From Lytechinus pictus (lineage: Eukaryota): DNA of 64,000 nucleotides. Under the pieces are notes generated by a model. That model saw only the letters and a list, made by a program, of their open reading frames with translations, made no database searches and was not told where the DNA came from. The position numbers and the translations under genes are program-made. Positions within the stretch are counted from its first letter, which is position 1. Each line of letters starts with the position of its first letter. This document shows positions 40,401 through 52,281 of this stretch, one piece after another. The stretch is taken from positions 5,084,001 to 5,148,000 of the forward strand of contig NC_087261.1 of the NCBI RefSeq assembly GCF_037042905.1, written 5' to 3'.

Positions 40401-41125
40401 ATTTGCATGTTATAGCGAGTTTTCCATTATTTAATAAATAATGGTTATTTGTATATAAATAATGATTATTTGTATATAATGGCAAACTGTAAAAATTGTT
40501 TATAAATAATGATTATTTATAAATAATGGATATTGAAACAAAATTATTATTTATAAATAATGAAGTAGATATTTCATTATTTAACAAATAATCTTTATTT
40601 ATAAATAATGGAAAACTCGAACATTAAATAATGATTATTTATAAATAATGAGAATAATGGTGCACTCGAAAAAATTATTTATAAATAATGAAGTAGACGT
40701 TTTCATTATTTAACAAATAATCATTATTTATAAATAATGGAAAACTCAACAAATTATTTATAAATAATGAAAAACAAATAATCATTATTTATAAATAATG
40801 AAAAACAAATAATCATTATTTGTAAATAATGAAAAACAAATAATCATTATTTATAAATAATGAAAAACAAATAATCATTATTTATAAATAATGAAAAACA
40901 AATAATCATTATTTATAAATAATGGAATGTCGAACTATTATTATTTACAAATAATGAAGTATTACTTGGAATTATATATAAATAATTAGAAATGATATTT
41001 TATATAATAGTAGTTATTTACAAATAAAATGTAAATTATATATAAATAATAGTTATTATTTAATAAATAATGATTATATAACAAATAATTGTTCTATATA
41101 ATATTGGTACATTCGGCGCCTCATA
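37439..41125. mobile_element. 3.7-kb foldback (almost fully palindromic) element with IS3EU-like TAT..ATA ends and 6-bp TSD
   Basis: GTGTTG|TATGAGGCGCCGAATGTACCAAT ... ATTGGTACATTCGGCGCCTCATA|GTGTTG; ~1.65-kb near-identical inverted arms with AT-rich 31-bp tandem units. Confidence 0.9.
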
Positions 41126-41336
41126 GTGTTGGGGCAAAAAGAACATCCTTTATAAAACATTTTTATTTTGTTTTATCATCCCCGCAAATTTGACCCTAAA
41201 CACGTATATTTTTCCGAGCGAAATAGATACCCCTTTTTCAATATTTTTGTGTTTTTGACACCCTTATCACGTTACGTACGTAATGTGCCCTATCTTGAAA
41301 AAGACACCCTTTTAACGTGTTTTTTTGGTCGCACAT

Positions 41337-43677
41337 CGCCAGTATTAATAAGAAAAAAGATAATTTACCAGACGGAGTATTGAGTGGGAGTGTGTGGTTT
41401 ATTTAACAACACGGCCAAGAGGCCGGATAAACGGATATCCGCGCGCTGTACAATGTAGCGACAATGCACATCAACATTCATAATAAACACCTTGGCGTGA
41501 CTCGAAAGTAACTATCCAACCAATGTAACAAAAACAACTCTACAAAATCTAACATAAAACAATTCTATGTAACACCTACTAAGCCATTAACATACCTAAA
41601 ATTGTGAAACATACCTCATTAGTTTTACTTTCTCTTTACAGCATAAAATATCAAATTGCCTTTCAACACTTAAATCATCTACAAACTGAAAACCAATAAA
41701 CTGTTTTTCAAGACACAAATCATTTCTACTTGCATATAATTTGCATAAAAGGGTCCCACTAAACTTCAGCAATCATCCAAAAATACACATTTCAAATCTT
41801 CATACCTAAGCAGCTTTAAAAGACACATATAAATCATTTGACATTCTATCTTTATCTCCTTAATATCCACTAAAAGATGGTGAATGGGGCAAGTCTGCTA
41901 AAATAATAAAACACAAAAATAAAATACCACAATGATACTCAAAAAAGATAAATGAAGCTATATGAAACTCCAATCAAAGTCTTATCCATGAAGAGCAAGA
42001 AACTTTCAAATGATAAAATTGTCTGCATACATTATAAATCCTGCCTATCAATTGACATACAAACATATTTACAAAAATGCACTGTTAAAGTCAAATACAA
42101 ACAATATCTCACAAGCAAAGGGGGATAAAATTTATATAATGCCTACACCAGATTGATGATAAAGCAACAATACCACATACATGACAGGTATGACGATAAA
42201 CAATTATTTAGTAAGAATGAGATGAGGATAATGATATGCATCAATAAACAAATGTCTATAGTAAGTAGGCCTAATCAAAACATTAAATGTGAGGTAAAAA
42301 GGCAATAACTAAACCATCGAGGACTACATTAAATTGTACCAATGATTACCTGTCAATAAACTATCAAAACACTACTCCATTATTAAACTGTATGGTGTAA
42401 GCAATATAAACAATACAATCAAACATGAGTTTTGCTACCTCTCACTTAACATCAGCTGTCATTTACAATTCAAATAATAAGTAGTAATCTCTTCATCACT
42501 CTACCTCCTCACTCTATCATCTTTTCACCCCACCTTCACTTCATGGAACACATAACAACCTGCATCATGCTACATACTTGCACCTTACCCTCTACCTCTT
42601 CACTCTATCTCTTCATCCAACCTTCACCTCATAAGAACACATAACCTGCATCATGGTACATTCTTGCACCTTACTCTCATTCATGAAACAACCATTTTCC
42701 AGTCATTCCAGTACAGTCAACTCTTCAAACATTAATACTCAGCACACTGTCTACCTCCAATGTAATAAACAAGTGAGCAAATATCAAATACACTGACTCA
42801 CACATCAACAATGAAAAAGTCACATCCTAAACCCAGCGATTATCCAAAACATGAATCAACAGTTAACTCTAATTTGTGTAAAATACACGTTAAAAAGAAA
42901 AAAAGAAATGAAAAAGTACATTGTATATAATCAAACACGATGAAGCCAGGTTGACAAAAAAAAAACACAACCTCAGGGTAAACAGCAGTTTAATCATGGA
43001 GCTATTAAGAGAGCTCTATGGTTTAATGTAGTACAACCTGAAAAATGTACATGCATACAGTCAACACATCTAACATGGAAGATCCAGTCCTAATAAGCAC
43101 AAATCATATGTGGGGTAGATGGGGGTCTAAAGGGATGACAATAGCAATATTAATGGGGCAGGGGAATGAAAGTCCAGGGCTTTTCGTACGAGAGGGGAAA
43201 ATTCTGGAGGGTGGTCATGGGCTGTGGTGAACAGGCAAGGCTGGATCGGGTAGTCATCATCCGCTGCTGGGATATCGGGGGTGATTACCTGACTGAAAGA
43301 TATGGGATGCCGTATGGGGACTGGAACCTGTGGGTTGGGAAAGATTGGGAATTATGGGCGGGCTACTGTCTTTGTGAGACAGGGGCAGAGGCACCTTACT
43401 AGAACATTCAGGGATGTCAGGATGGATGGGTGTGGGACTACTCAGCTGAGGAATGGCAAAGGCTCTGGTTTTAGTCACCAGTCATTTCGATGGCGTGGGT
43501 TCGTATCCCACCGCTGCCACCACGCCAGTATTAATAAGAAAAAAGATATTACCAGACGGAGTTTTGAGTGGGAGTGTGTGGTTTATTTAACAACACGGCC
43601 AAGAGGCCGGATAAACGGATATCCGCGCGCTGTACAATGTAGCGACAATAGTTGCACATCAACATTCATAATAAACA
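41337..43677 (-). mobile_element. Non-coding LTR-like retroelement with ~153-bp direct repeats and an extended tRNA-Leu primer site
   Basis: Direct repeats at 41337-41489 and 43523-43677 (1 substitution, 2 small indels). On the minus strand the repeat starts TGT, contains AATAAA and is immediately followed by TGGTGGCAGCGGTGGG (tRNA-Leu PBS). ACAT is duplicated at the junctions. Confidence 0.75.
43459..43522 (+). pseudogene. 5'-truncated retrocopy of mature tRNA-Leu(UAG), positions 21-76 including CCA
   Basis: AAGGCTCTGGTTTTAGTCACCAGTCATTTCGATGGCGTGGGTTCGTATCCCACCGCTGCCA-CCA: anticodon stem CTGGT/ACCAG, TAG anticodon, long variable arm, T arm, 3' acceptor strand, encoded CCA; 5' 20 nt missing. 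Confidence 0.9.
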
Positions 43678-46439
43678 TGGTATCCACTCGTCAATGTTAG
43701 TGACCCCCCGGGGTTTTAAAACACCGCATAGACTTGTGTGTTGTAAATTTGCATGGATGTGATATTAGATACATTTTTTTTTTAACTTTTATTTCTTAAG
43801 TGGTGTTTATTTTCTTCTAACTAACTAAAACTCTTTCTCAACACCACTCTTTTTCTTCTCTCTCTTTACCCCAATTATTCTCCCCTTCTCTATCGCTTCC
43901 TCCTTGTTCAATTAATTTTGCACACCACGTATACGTACTCTTATTCCGAAGATGTTAACAGACATAATGATCTGAGCGTTGTGCTCACTTTTTGGGCAGG
44001 GAAAGGAACCCTATGTAAAATAAGCTCAAATACATCGTAAAGATGAAGAAAAGTACTTTAAACAGTACAAGGTAATCAGCTGGCAAACCTTAACCCTATA
44101 TAACAGTCCCAGTGGACCTTAATGTCCCCCTCAATTCATAAACACGACAGGGCCACGCCATATTATCGTTCAAGAATATTTTTTTGGAAACATGCATGGT
44201 ATGCGGTTATGATATTACACAACAAGTGCATAATATGTCAGACCTCGAATTGCCTTGTGATTTCATGTATAAAGCCAATGTGAATTCTTGCTTAACTTTG
44301 TATCTGTATCATAAGTTGTCCTTTTTTTAATGATTGGAAAATTATAGCTAATAATTTTCATTAAAAAGCAATAAAAACAAGTAAAAAAACATCTGTTTGG
44401 TAGTGGATCGTATATTACCAAACACTTTTCATGAATTCAATCATATCAAACACATTATTCTCATAAAATTAACCAAACTTTCACCATAAATACACAATTA
44501 CCTACAAAATACATATATGTAAAAACTTTGCCGAATTCGTTTTCTTTTTTACGATATTAGCTTCCAATCAGACCCCTCTTCGCATGTGAAATATTTTGGT
44601 CACTTGAAAAGGGTATTGTATTATCGAACGTGTGTTTTCTATGGGAAAAGTTGAGAAAACAACACTAAAATCACTGATGAGCTATTTTGACCATATTTTA
44701 TTATTTTTAGTATATTAAGACTTTGAAAATGTGATTTGACCATTTTTCATCATCTTTCTATTCAAGTTCCCTTTGGAAGGATGTTGCAAAGTTCAAATAA
44801 TTTCATATATGCTCAAGTTGAGCATATATGAAATTATTTTCTGACGCGTACGATGCGCGTGTTCAATAATACAAGGCCGGTCGATTAATCACTCACTATA
44901 CATAAGAATTATTTAAAAAAAGGTAAAAAAAAAAATTGAAAACATTTTTTAATGATTTTTTTTTCTATTTAATCAGAATTCCTTGATTAAAAAAAAAGCA
45001 GTTCATAGGCTTTATTCATAGATTTAAACCCAAATTTGTATCTTTCTTTGACTAAAATTGGCATATATAGTTGATTAAAATGAAATAATGCATATTGTTT
45101 TACTGTACATAATGAAATTAAGCTTTGAAACCCCATAGTGCAAATTCCCCCCCCCCCCCTATATAGATTGACAAGACTCAAACTACCCTGGGACTACATA
45201 TATGTACATGTATGAGGAATGAATTTAATATAAAATTTCAGCTTACTTTAGTGGGTTTTTTTAGGCATTAAATTTCTATGATTAGTAACTTTTAATATTA
45301 ATTTTTCTGTTAGAAATTCAGTAAAAAAAATTGTAGTCATCTCTTACTTACTCCAAAAAAATGTATTCAAAACATCAAGAGCTTAAATAATATACTGTAT
45401 CAAGTGTATAGTTTAATTGATTTACAGACAATTACCCAGTACATCATTCATTGGAAAAAAAAGTTTTAAAATGATTTAAAACGTATTAAAACAATAAAAA
45501 AAAATTTTTTTTTAATAAAAACGTTTTTATTACAATATAGGGCCTAAGCGAAACTTTGAATTGTCATTACTTTCTCATTTTACATCTGATTTCGTGAAAA
45601 TTTAGTGATATGCTTGTTGGAGTTTTCTCTTTTAATTCAAATCAACTTTTTGTTATTGTGGGATGGGGGGGGGGGGGTTGAAGCCACGGAATGAAGAAGG
45701 CCTCTACTGAATAAAAAAAACGCCCCCATCCTTTCAGGATTGCCCGTATAGGATGCCATCCTCACAAACAATAATTAAATACAATTTGCTTCGAGAATAT
45801 GGTATAACCAATAGCTCCATGATCTAACTGAAGACAAACACTGTATTTTCACTGGTGTGCATATATGTTTGAACAACATTATATACAAGCTTATATTCTA
45901 ATTGTAATTTCATAACACATGTAATTGTTTATCATAATACTTCAAGTCATCTAAGTGTTTTCTAATGAATGTAGTCAATAATGATAATCACATGTTTTTC
46001 TGATGAGGCTTTACTATCTGATAATAACATTGTTTATTTAAATACATGAACATTTCATATTGAGTGGATATTATAATTGTACATGGAAACAAACACTCTC
46101 TATTATCAAGTTCTTTGTTTTAGTAAGTAATGCAACCAAACTTTATATTGCCATTTTAAACCGATTTTATTATTTTGTAAACCCCGGGTGTAGGCCTAAA
46201 CCCCGACTATAGTGAGAGTCGAACATAATGGAAACCAGTTTTCTTTTAATCAGCATCCTCAGGCCTCAGGCACTAGTCGGTGGTAATTTCTTCCTCTTCT
46301 ACATATTCTTGTTGTCTTTTGCCTGGAAATAAAATATATAAACAAAACAGAACAAAACGAACAAACGGTTCGTGCTTTCTTAGCAGTCGGGTAAAAAAAA
46401 ACCTCGGTATGTAAATAACCCGACTCTGCATGGGAAGCC

Positions 46440-47210
46440 TAATCTCCCGCAATTTCAATGACGTCACGCGAAAATCTTATGCCTATAACTGTCTTCAGTT
46501 ATTAGTGATGTTCTTGGCTTTCAGCTGATTTTATTGCTTTCTAATTTGTGATATGTTAATTTCGTTCAAGATCAAAAATATTTTATGATTTCGGTGCGAG
46601 AATAAATTGTATACTTTTCTTTACTAAATCTATTCATGAATCAATGTTCCAAAGGGGGAAAAAAGAAGGGAAAGTTGGTAGAAAGTAATGTAAAAATTTG
46701 AACCCGGTGTCCGACAGAGACTATTACAACGACTGTGCATGTGACAGACATGTGTAAAGGGATATCCCCGGCATGAGAAAACAACGAAATGCACAGCTGA
46801 TCACCGGTGTTTCATGCAAGCTCTCTCCCACGCCATGCATGTGTCACTAGCGACTAGCGCCGTACGGCCCGGCCCGGCGCGCTGCTGGGCTACAGTCCCG
46901 TACTGTAATCCGTGCGATGATCTGCCGCTGATCATTTTGTCATCAAACTTCATTCTTGTATCATCACAATTTTCATTGTGCGAAGTTTCTACTTTCAATT
47001 CTGCAAAGTAACTTAGAAGAACACTATATAGGCTTCAAGATCACCCCAGTTGTTGGTGAGCGAGGTTTAACTTTAGTAACGTTTACTGCACTGCCTCTCA
47101 AAATTGCGGAATCCAATCCCGGGTCTGGTCGACGTTAATTCAACTCGAGTCATATTCAGCACTTTTCTGGAAGAAGTCTAGTCAAGCATATTCTCATTTC
47201 TAGATTTAGG
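46440..47210 (+). promoter_or_regulatory. Probable promoter / non-coding first exon of HAD paralog B
   Basis: CpG-rich patch, palindromic CRE TGACGTCA at 46459, strong donor AG|GTAAGT at ~47210 and acceptor TTTTACAG at 47826 upstream of the ATG. Confidence 0.4.
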
Positions 47211-47853
47211 TAAGTTACATGTGAAGGGGTGCCTTGGTTGGATAGCAGGAAAGAGACGTCCTCGCAAATTGCAGGTCGCTGATACAATTCTAAAAATTAT
47301 AGCCTATAGTACTATAGGATTTAATTCCCTGCTATTGTATTTTATTCATCTCTTGAAATGAACAAAGACCATTGCAGATGGCAATTGCTTGCAATATAGG
47401 CCTACATGTATTTATGACATTGTAGAACTGATCATATCAAAATCTGTTTAAAAGTGACCTTAGAATAATGTAGGCCTACATGTAATTAATTGTAAAGAGT
47501 GTACACGTACACAGAGCTCTACTCCATGTCAAATTTAATAAATGGGTGAACTGCAGCTTGACATTCCTTGCAAAGACAGATTAGGCTATATTTTTTTACA
47601 ACTTTCATTATTAAGACTTTTTTTCAATTCAGATATAGATCTAGGCTAGACTAGATCTAGATCTATATGATTATGAAATAATTGGCATTTTAATGGGCAA
47701 TTTGGGGGCATTTTTTTAGGGGGCTAATTCATCCAGTGCCTCCAAATAAAAACAATTTTTTCCCCTGGTTGCACAAAGTTTTAAAATTGAGTAAAAAAAA
47801 AATTCTCTTTAACTTTTATTTTACAGACATTTTGGGCATAACGATTCTTCAAG

Positions 47854-47993
47854 ATGAACAACAACTTTAACAACTACATCAGCCTTTATGCTCCAATGAG
47901 TGATGAGAAAAAGGTTGTAATCTTTGATAAAGATGGAACCCTAACCTGTATGCATGCCATGTGGGCACCTTGGCTCATCCAGACAGCTGAAAG
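47854..47993 (+). CDS. HAD hydrolase paralog B, coding exon 1
   Basis: ..MSDEKKVVIFDKDGTLTCMHAMWAPWLIQTAE; donor AG|GTATGA, phase 2; alternative start ATG at 47896. Confidence 0.85.
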
Positions 47994-48007
47994 GTATGAA
48001 AAGACAA

Positions 48008-48333
48008 AGGCCCGTATTCTGAAGTCGGGTTTAACTTAAACTCAGGTTTAAAGTTGTGGTTTAAGTATGGAGAGCCAATTCAAATTGTTACATAAATCAC
48101 TAACAGTAAAGAGATCATATTTCAGCTCATTTGGCTCTCAAATCATTCATAATTGAAATTGTCTAGGAAGTATAAAAAGATTATTGTCTTCACCATCGAT
48201 GAATCAGGAAAGAGCAAAGTAAACATAAGGAACATACAACTTAATTTTTTGGGGGGATACTTTTGGCTTCCCATACTTAAACCACAACTTTAAATTTGAG
48301 TTTAAGTTAAACCCGACTTCAGAATACGGGCCC
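48008..48333. mobile_element. Harbinger-like MITE, 3-bp TSD
   Basis: CAA|AGGCCCGTATTCTGAAGTCGGGTTTAACTTAAACTCA ... TGAGTTTAAGTTAAACCCGACTTCAGAATACGGGCCC|CAA; 14 nt downstream of the exon boundary. Confidence 0.85.
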
Positions 48334-49097
48334 CAAACTTAATGTTATGGAGCCCATTGTCCAAGGCATTGGCCCATCATATTCGGGGCCCCTGTTTCAT
48401 AAAGAGTTGTTATAAATAAAAAATGACAATTTATATTACAAATTTACGATTAGCCAATCAGATTGAAGGATCTCGGTAGCTTTTAACTGTCATTGTATAT
48501 TTCTTATCACAACAAGATTGATGAAACAGACCCCTGAACCTGAGTTTAAATTAAAGTAACTCTCAACTGAAGTTGTGGTTACCTCTAGCTAATAGTACTG
48601 TATACTAACACAAATTTTAATAACTTGGGTTCACTGTCACTTAAATCACATCATAAGATGAATTGGACTTCAGATAAGCTAAAGTGTTGTTTGTGATAGT
48701 TACATTTATAATCTTTATTTGGTTGATTAGATGGTAGACCTACATGTATAGATGTAACTTTTTTCTGTTAAATTTCACTTATAACTTTCATAATAGACCA
48801 TTTTCCAATCACATCAGATTCAGATCATGATACTTTATGGAAGAGGTTTCACCTTTTCTAATATTTGGTTCTCATTGACAAAAGTGGTAGATGTTAGATG
48901 ATTTGCCTCCTTTGGAATATCACCCCCACAAAAAAAAATGGTTCAGAAAAAAAGTTAAACTTTTTTGTCACTTTTTTGTATTTACTTTTCCAGGGGGAAG
49001 GGGGTAGGGAGTTCATGCAAACCCCTAGTTTGTATGGCCTTGCAACCTAGGGCCCATTTAAATATTGATTATCATTCATTGATATCCTGTCAAATAG

Positions 49098-49369
49098 AAT
49101 GGAGGCCGCCACTGGACTCTCTCTTCAAGATGAGATCTATAAGGCAATGGGGTTTGACATCGATGCCCGTGTGTTTGGTCCTGGAATCCTGATGGAGTGC
49201 ACCAACCAAGTCTGCTTCGAGTACCTGTGTGAACTCCTTGTCAAGAAGGGGCTATCACCCGAGAGAGCTCGTCTGATCAGTGAGGAGTGCTTTGATGATG
49301 GCAACGCTGCAGTCTGCGGAGAGCTCCTGGAGTTTGGCGATGTGCATGAGATCTTCACCAGGCTTAGAG
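49098..49369 (+). CDS. HAD hydrolase paralog B, coding exon 2 (cap domain)
   Basis: AATAG|A ATG GAG GCC; donor G|GTACTG; one codon shorter than paralog A. Confidence 0.85.
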
Positions 49370-49994
49370 GTACTGATCACTGATCTCTTCTGTTACAAAA
49401 AACAAAATCCAGGACTGTCCATGGAGAATTTTATGCTTGACTTATAAAATTCAGCTAGAATGAATTTATTTGGATTTAAATTGCATTCTTCGTGGCCGTT
49501 CAGATAATTTTTATTAAAAATTTTTTTTGAAAGGGGAAAGATGGTACAATATTGCAACACCAAGACCCCATCTGACAATCTGTTTAGATCAAGGATATGA
49601 GTTTTGCAAGCCTTTCTTCAATCTCAGTCATTTATCTAAGTTCCCGGTTTTTGTTGGAATTTACATACATGTAGACAATTGATATTGTTTTGTCTGCTGT
49701 TAAATATATGTATGTTTGGTACTGAGTTATCGATCTACACTTTTCCCACTCTGCACCCAGGGTCCTCCCAGGTGTTACATGATTACCCAGTAAGGTATGA
49801 GAGCAATTGGAGTGTGCCTTGCAGTTAAATCGCGTGTTGTATTATGCACCTCAGGGAGTGGATAATACATTGTTTGTGGTCGAACTGTAACTCAATGACT
49901 GAATGCAAAGTGCGAGAGATCATTTATACTATAAACATGATATAAAAAGTGGAATATTGTTATTGTAGTTAATGTTTTTATCTTGCTTGTCTAG

Positions 49995-50252
49995 ATGAGG
50001 GTTATTACATTGCCGTAGATACAGCAGACAGTCGCATCATGACAGAGGGCACCCTTGATAGACTAGGCGTGTCCCACCTTGTTGACATGGTTGTCTGTGG
50101 AAACGATGCTGGGATCAAACCCAAACCTGATGCTTACACCGCCCTCAAGATCTGTTCTCGACTAGGAGTTCATCCTCGGAATGCAGTTTTTGTAGGGGAC
50201 ACCATCACTGATGCTATGTGCGGCAAGAACTCAAATTGTGGCCTTGTCATAA
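49995..50252 (+). CDS. HAD hydrolase paralog B, coding exon 3
   Basis: CTAG|AT GAG GGT; motifs VDTAD, KPKP, GDTITD; donor A|GTAAGT; 258 nt as in paralog A. Confidence 0.9.
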
Positions 50253-51267
50253 GTAAGTACCCCTTCTTAATTTCAATTAGAAATTTCTCAATTTTTATTT
50301 TTTATTTTTCCTGAATTAGGCAGAAAAATTTCATAAAAATTGAGGTAACATGATGTTGTCTGTGGTTGTTGATTTTCACAAGGAAGTGGATCATTTCCCA
50401 TGAATAATTTTGTCAATCAGTGTTCAAACAGTTCATGTAGGTCTACTTTTTTGCAACAGCAGAGGCTAACATGTAAAGGAGTTGCAATAGGATTCATGAA
50501 AATTGTTGTTTTATTTCCCATTTTTCTCACTGGATAAATCTCAGTTTGATGCAGGTTTGTCGATCACCACTTATTGTGAGAGGTGATATTGTGTAGCAAA
50601 CATTTCCCATAGATGTTAACGCCGTTCAGGAGAAAATAAAGTAGTCAATGTTAGCAGGTTGGCTTACAGTATGTGGACAAATTCTTTTTATGATTGTGAT
50701 GGGGGAAAGCTAAATGGGAAACCATTCTAGTGGATTTAATGGACGTTTGCTGAAGCATGATTTAGTGTTATTACTAGTGTATGAAGGGTGGAATTTCAAG
50801 GTTTTTATTGTCTTCTTTGTTATATTGCTAATCATGAAAAATTGTGCTGGAATAGTAAAAATTAACATAGGTGGCCAAGCACGGAAAAAACAGTAATGTT
50901 AGCTTGGTTACTGTTGCTTTACATGTGACGCAGGGGGGGGGGGATGGGGGTGGAATTGATATCTGTAGTTACAAGGAAGCACACCTCTATTAATAATTAC
51001 AACCCAAAAAGGCAAAATTGATCAAAGTCACCTTCAAATCTTGAAGTCGTAGATTCACACTAGTCTGCAGGCACAGACCCCGATTGAAACTTTGATCAAC
51101 AAGTGGGTCTCCATTCAAAGGCTAGCACATACAAAACTTGCTGTTTTATTTCCTGAGTGAGAGGGCCTTCTGTACACAAGGCATTAATAGGCTGCACATT
51201 CAGACCCTTAACTCTAGTAAAGGTTTCACACAATGGCAGGAAGACTTCATGGTCTGCATCAGCCTCT

Positions 51268-51940
51268 TTGATGTGATCTGAGCTCTTTTATTTTTGTTCA
51301 TAATATTTGATTATTCTTAGTCTCAGACAATAGCAGAAAGACTAAAATTTGTCTGCACTGATAGACATAATGGACCACTGATTACCAAACTGTATTTTCT
51401 TACTATTTTATCGAGTCAGCTCCTTTGGGTAGTTTGGGAGGTAGGGCATGATGTGAATTGCCTCTTTGTTTATACTCTCACGTCATCTATGTCATCCTTG
51501 ATGTGATCTGAGCTCTTTTATTTTTGTTCATAATATTTGATTATTCTTAGTATCAGACAATAACAGGATTTGTTTGCACTGATAGACATAATGGACCACT
51601 GATTACCAAACTGTGTATTTTCTTATTATTTTATTGAGTCGGCTCCTTTGGGTAGTTTGGGAGGTAGGGCATGATGTGAATTGCCTCTTTGTTTATACTC
51701 TCACGTCATCTGTGTCATCCTTGATGTGATCTGAGCTCTTTTATTTTTGTTCATAATATTTTATTATTCTTAGTCTCAGATAATAACAGGAAGACTAATT
51801 TGTTTGCACTGATAGACATAATAGACCACTGATTACCAGGTGTATTTTCTTATTATTTTATCGAGTCAGCTCCTTTGGGTAGTTTGGGAGGTAGGGCATG
51901 ATGTGAATTGCCTCTTTGTGTATACTCTCACATCATCTAC
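51268..51940. repeat. 3 x ~225-bp tandem repeat in HAD-B intron 3
   Basis: Units start TTGATGTGATCTGAGCTCTTTTATTTTTG at 51268, 51498 and 51721. Confidence 0.9.
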
Positions 51941-52281
51941 TTTTCATTTAGTGTTGTCCCACAAGGTCTCATCTTAGTTTGTCTACAAATATTATGTGTA
52001 CTAAATTTGGCCTAATACATGTATATGATTGGTCCATCACCTATTATATGAACTGCTGATTAATTAAATTTTCATTTGACAAAGTGAAACATATTTGTAG
52101 ACTGGAAATCAGAGCATCTGTTACCATATTTTCCTGCTTTTCTAGAAAAAGGGTTAATTGATATTTAAATGTTCGACAAACTATTGAATATTTTGTTCTC
52201 TTATGAAATTCATACAATGATGGCATAAGGAAATAATCTCTTTTCTACTCTTTCTGTTGGTTTCTTCTTCTTTCTTTATAG

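Larger units (their letters stand above)
36116..43712. mobile_element. CCCGG-ended MITE (8-bp TSD, ~0.72 kb native) inflated to 7.6 kb by three nested insertions
   Basis: GTTTTAAA|CCCGGAGGGGACACTTCCATTGACGAG ... CTCGTCAATGTTAGTGACCCCCCGGG|GTTTTAAA; contains a ~100-bp unit three times (36186, 37124, 37224). Confidence 0.8.

Noticed and set aside
43257-43478. Pro/Ser-rich 73-aa ORF as gag of the LTR-like element
   Set aside because: Starts at GTG inside the tRNA copy, is short, is followed by stops and shows no capsid or zinc-knuckle motif.
43459-43522. Functional tRNA-Leu gene
   Set aside because: Lacks the 5' 20 nt (acceptor 5' strand and A box), has a mutated B box and an encoded CCA; it is a retrocopy.
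45802-45828. Further P-like scar (CAATAGCTCCATG)
   Set aside because: Only one TIR is recognisable and the flanking 7-mers (GTATAAC / ATCTAAC) match poorly.
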